Position numbers and translations under genes: made by a program. A model generated the notes under the pieces. It was not told where the DNA came from. It did not search any database and worked only from the letters and a program-made list of their open reading frames with translations. A stretch of 64,000 nucleotides of DNA from the NCBI RefSeq assembly GCF_036365525.1, contig NC_090374.1, forward strand, positions 76,095,699 through 76,159,698. The letters run 5' to 3'. The DNA comes from Heterodontus francisci. Its lineage: Eukaryota. Each line of letters begins with the position of its first letter. Within the stretch, counting starts at the first letter, position 1. Below are positions 61,389 to 64,000 of the stretch, one piece after another.

Positions 61389-61476
61389 TATAAAAACAAG
61401 AAATGCTGGAACCACTCAGCAGGTCTGGCAGCACCTGTGAAAAGAGAAGCAGAGTTAACGTTTTGGGTCACTGACC
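61389..61476 (-). mobile_element. Penelope-derived unit truncated inside hammerhead stem II
   Basis: Near-identical to 55194-55281 and stops at GGTCACTGACC. Confidence 0.8.
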
Positions 61477-62612
61477 GTCTCTCATTCTTCTGAACTCTAG
61501 AGAGTATTGGCCCAATTTACTCAGCCTCTCATCCCTTTCTTAAATGTGGAGACCAAAACTGCACACAGTACTGCAGATGTTGCCTCACCAAAACCCTGTA
61601 CAATTGTAGCAAGACTTCTTTATTCCTGTACTCCAATCCCCTTGCAATAAAGATCAACATGCCATTTGCCTTCTTAATTGATTGCTGTACCTGCATGCTA
61701 ACTTTGTGTTCCTGTGCAAGCATATCCAAGACTCTTTAAACATCATAACTTACAAGTTTCACACCTTTTAAAAAATCTTCTGCTTTTCTATTCTTGTAAG
61801 TGAATAACTTCACACTTCCCTACATTATACTCCAACTGCCATCTTGTTGCCCACTCACTTAACTGGCCTATATCTCTTTGCAGCTTCTCTGTGCCCTCCC
61901 CACAGCTTACCTTTTCACCTAGTTTTGTATCATCAGGAAACTTAGATACATTACTCTTTGTTTCTTCATCTAAGTCATTAATGTAGATTGTAAATAGCTG
62001 AGGCCCCAGCACTGATCCATGTGGCAGTCCTCTATTCACTGCCTGTCAACTTGAAAATGTCCCATTTATGCCCACTTTTTGCTTCCTGTCCATTAACCAA
62101 TCCTCTATCCATGCTAATCCCCCAACTCCATGAGCCCTTCTCTTGCCTATTAACATTTAGCGTGGCACCTTATTGAATGCTTTTTGGAAATCCAGGTATA
62201 CTACATCTACTGGTTCCCCTTTATCTACCCTACTAGTTACATCCTCAAAAAACTCTAATCAATTTGCCAAATAGGACTTCCCTTTAGTAAAACCATGTTG
62301 ACTTGTTCTAATCATACTATGCTTTTCTAAGTGCATTGTTAAGACTTCCTTAATAATAGCTTCCAGTAATTTGCCAACAACTGATATTAGGCTACCTGGC
62401 TGGGCTACCTGGCCTGTGTTCTGTCTCCCTCCTTTCTTGAAAAGTGGTGTAACATTTGCCAATTTCCAATCTGATAATCGAATCTGAGGAATTTTGCAAA
62501 ATCATAGCTAGCGCATCCACTATCTCTGCAGCTATCTCTTTTTAAACCCTAGGGTGTAGGCCATCAGGTACTGGGGATTAGTCAGATTTTAGTCCCTTAA
62601 TTTTCTCCAATA
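61477..62612 (-). mobile_element. CR1 ORF2 internal fragment
   Basis: ANVTPLFKKG, SQHGFTKGKS, GLPHGSVLGP, KFPDDTK, LQYCVQFWSP. Confidence 0.88.
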
Positions 62613-62769
62613 CAAAAAGACTCTAAAAGGGATTAGGTTATTTCTAAAAGTTGATTTTTTTTATCTTCTTTAGTTTAGAAAAAAGTTTAATGATTGGAAC
62701 AGTTATATTGATATAGAGGCATTGTGTTTTTAAAAAAAAGAAGAATGTTATATATTGTTAGATTATTTG

Positions 62770-63450
62770 TATATACCTAGCATCACACTGACATTGAAGA
62801 TAGGTCATACGTCCAAAAGACTGGCGGATCGTATCAAGCCACATGTCCCTTCCACTGTTCGCAATGGACAAGGTACAGGCTGTACCCAACCAGCCCGTGC
62901 TTGCAAAACTCAAAACACAGTGTCCAACATTAGATTTGATTCCGCAATTCAACAACATTTGCTAAATAATCCTCAATGTGGTAAGAATTACGCTGACAAC
63001 CAATTTAAGATTCTCAGTAGGGCTTGCAATGTGGCGTATTTGCATGTACTGGAAGCTACATATATTAATACACAGGGCCCTGTGCTTTGCAGACAGAAAG
63101 AACATGTATGAATATTACGCCTGTTTCAGCTAAACAAAATAAGTGACAGCCATTTGCTCGTTCAATCCTCAGGGCGATGCCTTGACCAATCAGAGTCAAG
63201 CTGCCTGGTTTAAATTTCAAACAAAGCTTGGCAATTAACTGTCAGTCACCGTACACTGGTGCATTCTCCATGGCAATGCCTCTATCAGAGTTCACATGGC
63301 AACCAATCAGCACTCTCTTCTCATACAGTAAAAAGTTGTTGTTTTCCCTTACATAGGTATTCTTGTGGATTGTGCAAGATGAAAAGCTTCGACAACATGT
63401 CTCTATTTTCACCAATACTCAAGTTCTGTACTACCAAACGACTATTCTAC
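62770..63450 (+). mobile_element. Penelope-like element of a second family: GIY-YIG C-terminal half, 3' UTR and inverted 5' tip
   Basis: IGHTSKRLADRIKPH..SAIQQHLLNNPQC..LHVLEATYI..PVLCRQKE; the segment LQCQCDARYI lies on the minus strand at about 62770-62799. Confidence 0.82.
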
Positions 63451-64000
63451 AATACTGTTATGCTTATCTGTAGCAATGCGATTCTTTCACTTGTGATCTA
63501 ATGTTGAGTGTTATTGAACAAGGCGACTATACAGATCTGCAACAATCTCTTTCTTTTGTAGTCGGCTACAAGAGACATTGCACTTTATAGATACAGTATG
63601 TTCTAATTTAAGTTTCATGTACAGAAATGACAGTAATCCACACATCTGAAAGCAGATAGTGAACCTTTGAAGAGCACATTTTGTTTTAAGTTTCTTAGTT
63701 TCAAACATTCACTGTAATCTTAGCAGAAATCTTTGAAACTGAATCATGGCAGAAAAATGGTTTATTAACTGTAGAAATATTGCAGGACAGTTGGTTCTTG
63801 ATCAACACATAATTAGTCTGCCAAAACATTTTATTCTTGGAAATGGTTGAACTGTTCTAGTATCAGAATTCAACAAACTGCAGATGAAAATCACAAATTT
63901 ACAAAAATCCTTTAAACCATTTTAATTCAGCAATTCAGTCAATACAAAACCAACACAAATATGAAACAGAAATATTGGGCTGGATTTCACCAGCCCCTGA

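Overview
Eukaryotic, repeat-dense DNA with no confidently identifiable host gene, probably intronic or intergenic. The repeat set points to a cartilaginous fish (shark), by inference: HE1-type V-SINE with its CR1/HER1-type LINE partner, SacSINE1-type DeuSINEs, L2, RTE, Penelope-like elements, Harbinger, hAT and Gypsy. Almost every long ORF is a transposon remnant. The best preserved are an RTE LINE (33801-36857, -) and a CR1 LINE (43581-46862, +). The most interesting signal is a dispersed family of about 100-bp Penelope-derived units carrying a minimal type I hammerhead-ribozyme motif (eight full or partial copies). One copy is still attached to a GIY-YIG endonuclease C-terminus. The youngest-looking copies sit alone between direct repeats and share a variant CCGAAGA core. 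Several nested insertions have readable target-site duplications (TSDs) and give a relative activity order. Family names come from recognising motifs by eye, not from database searches, and boundaries without a TSD are approximate.
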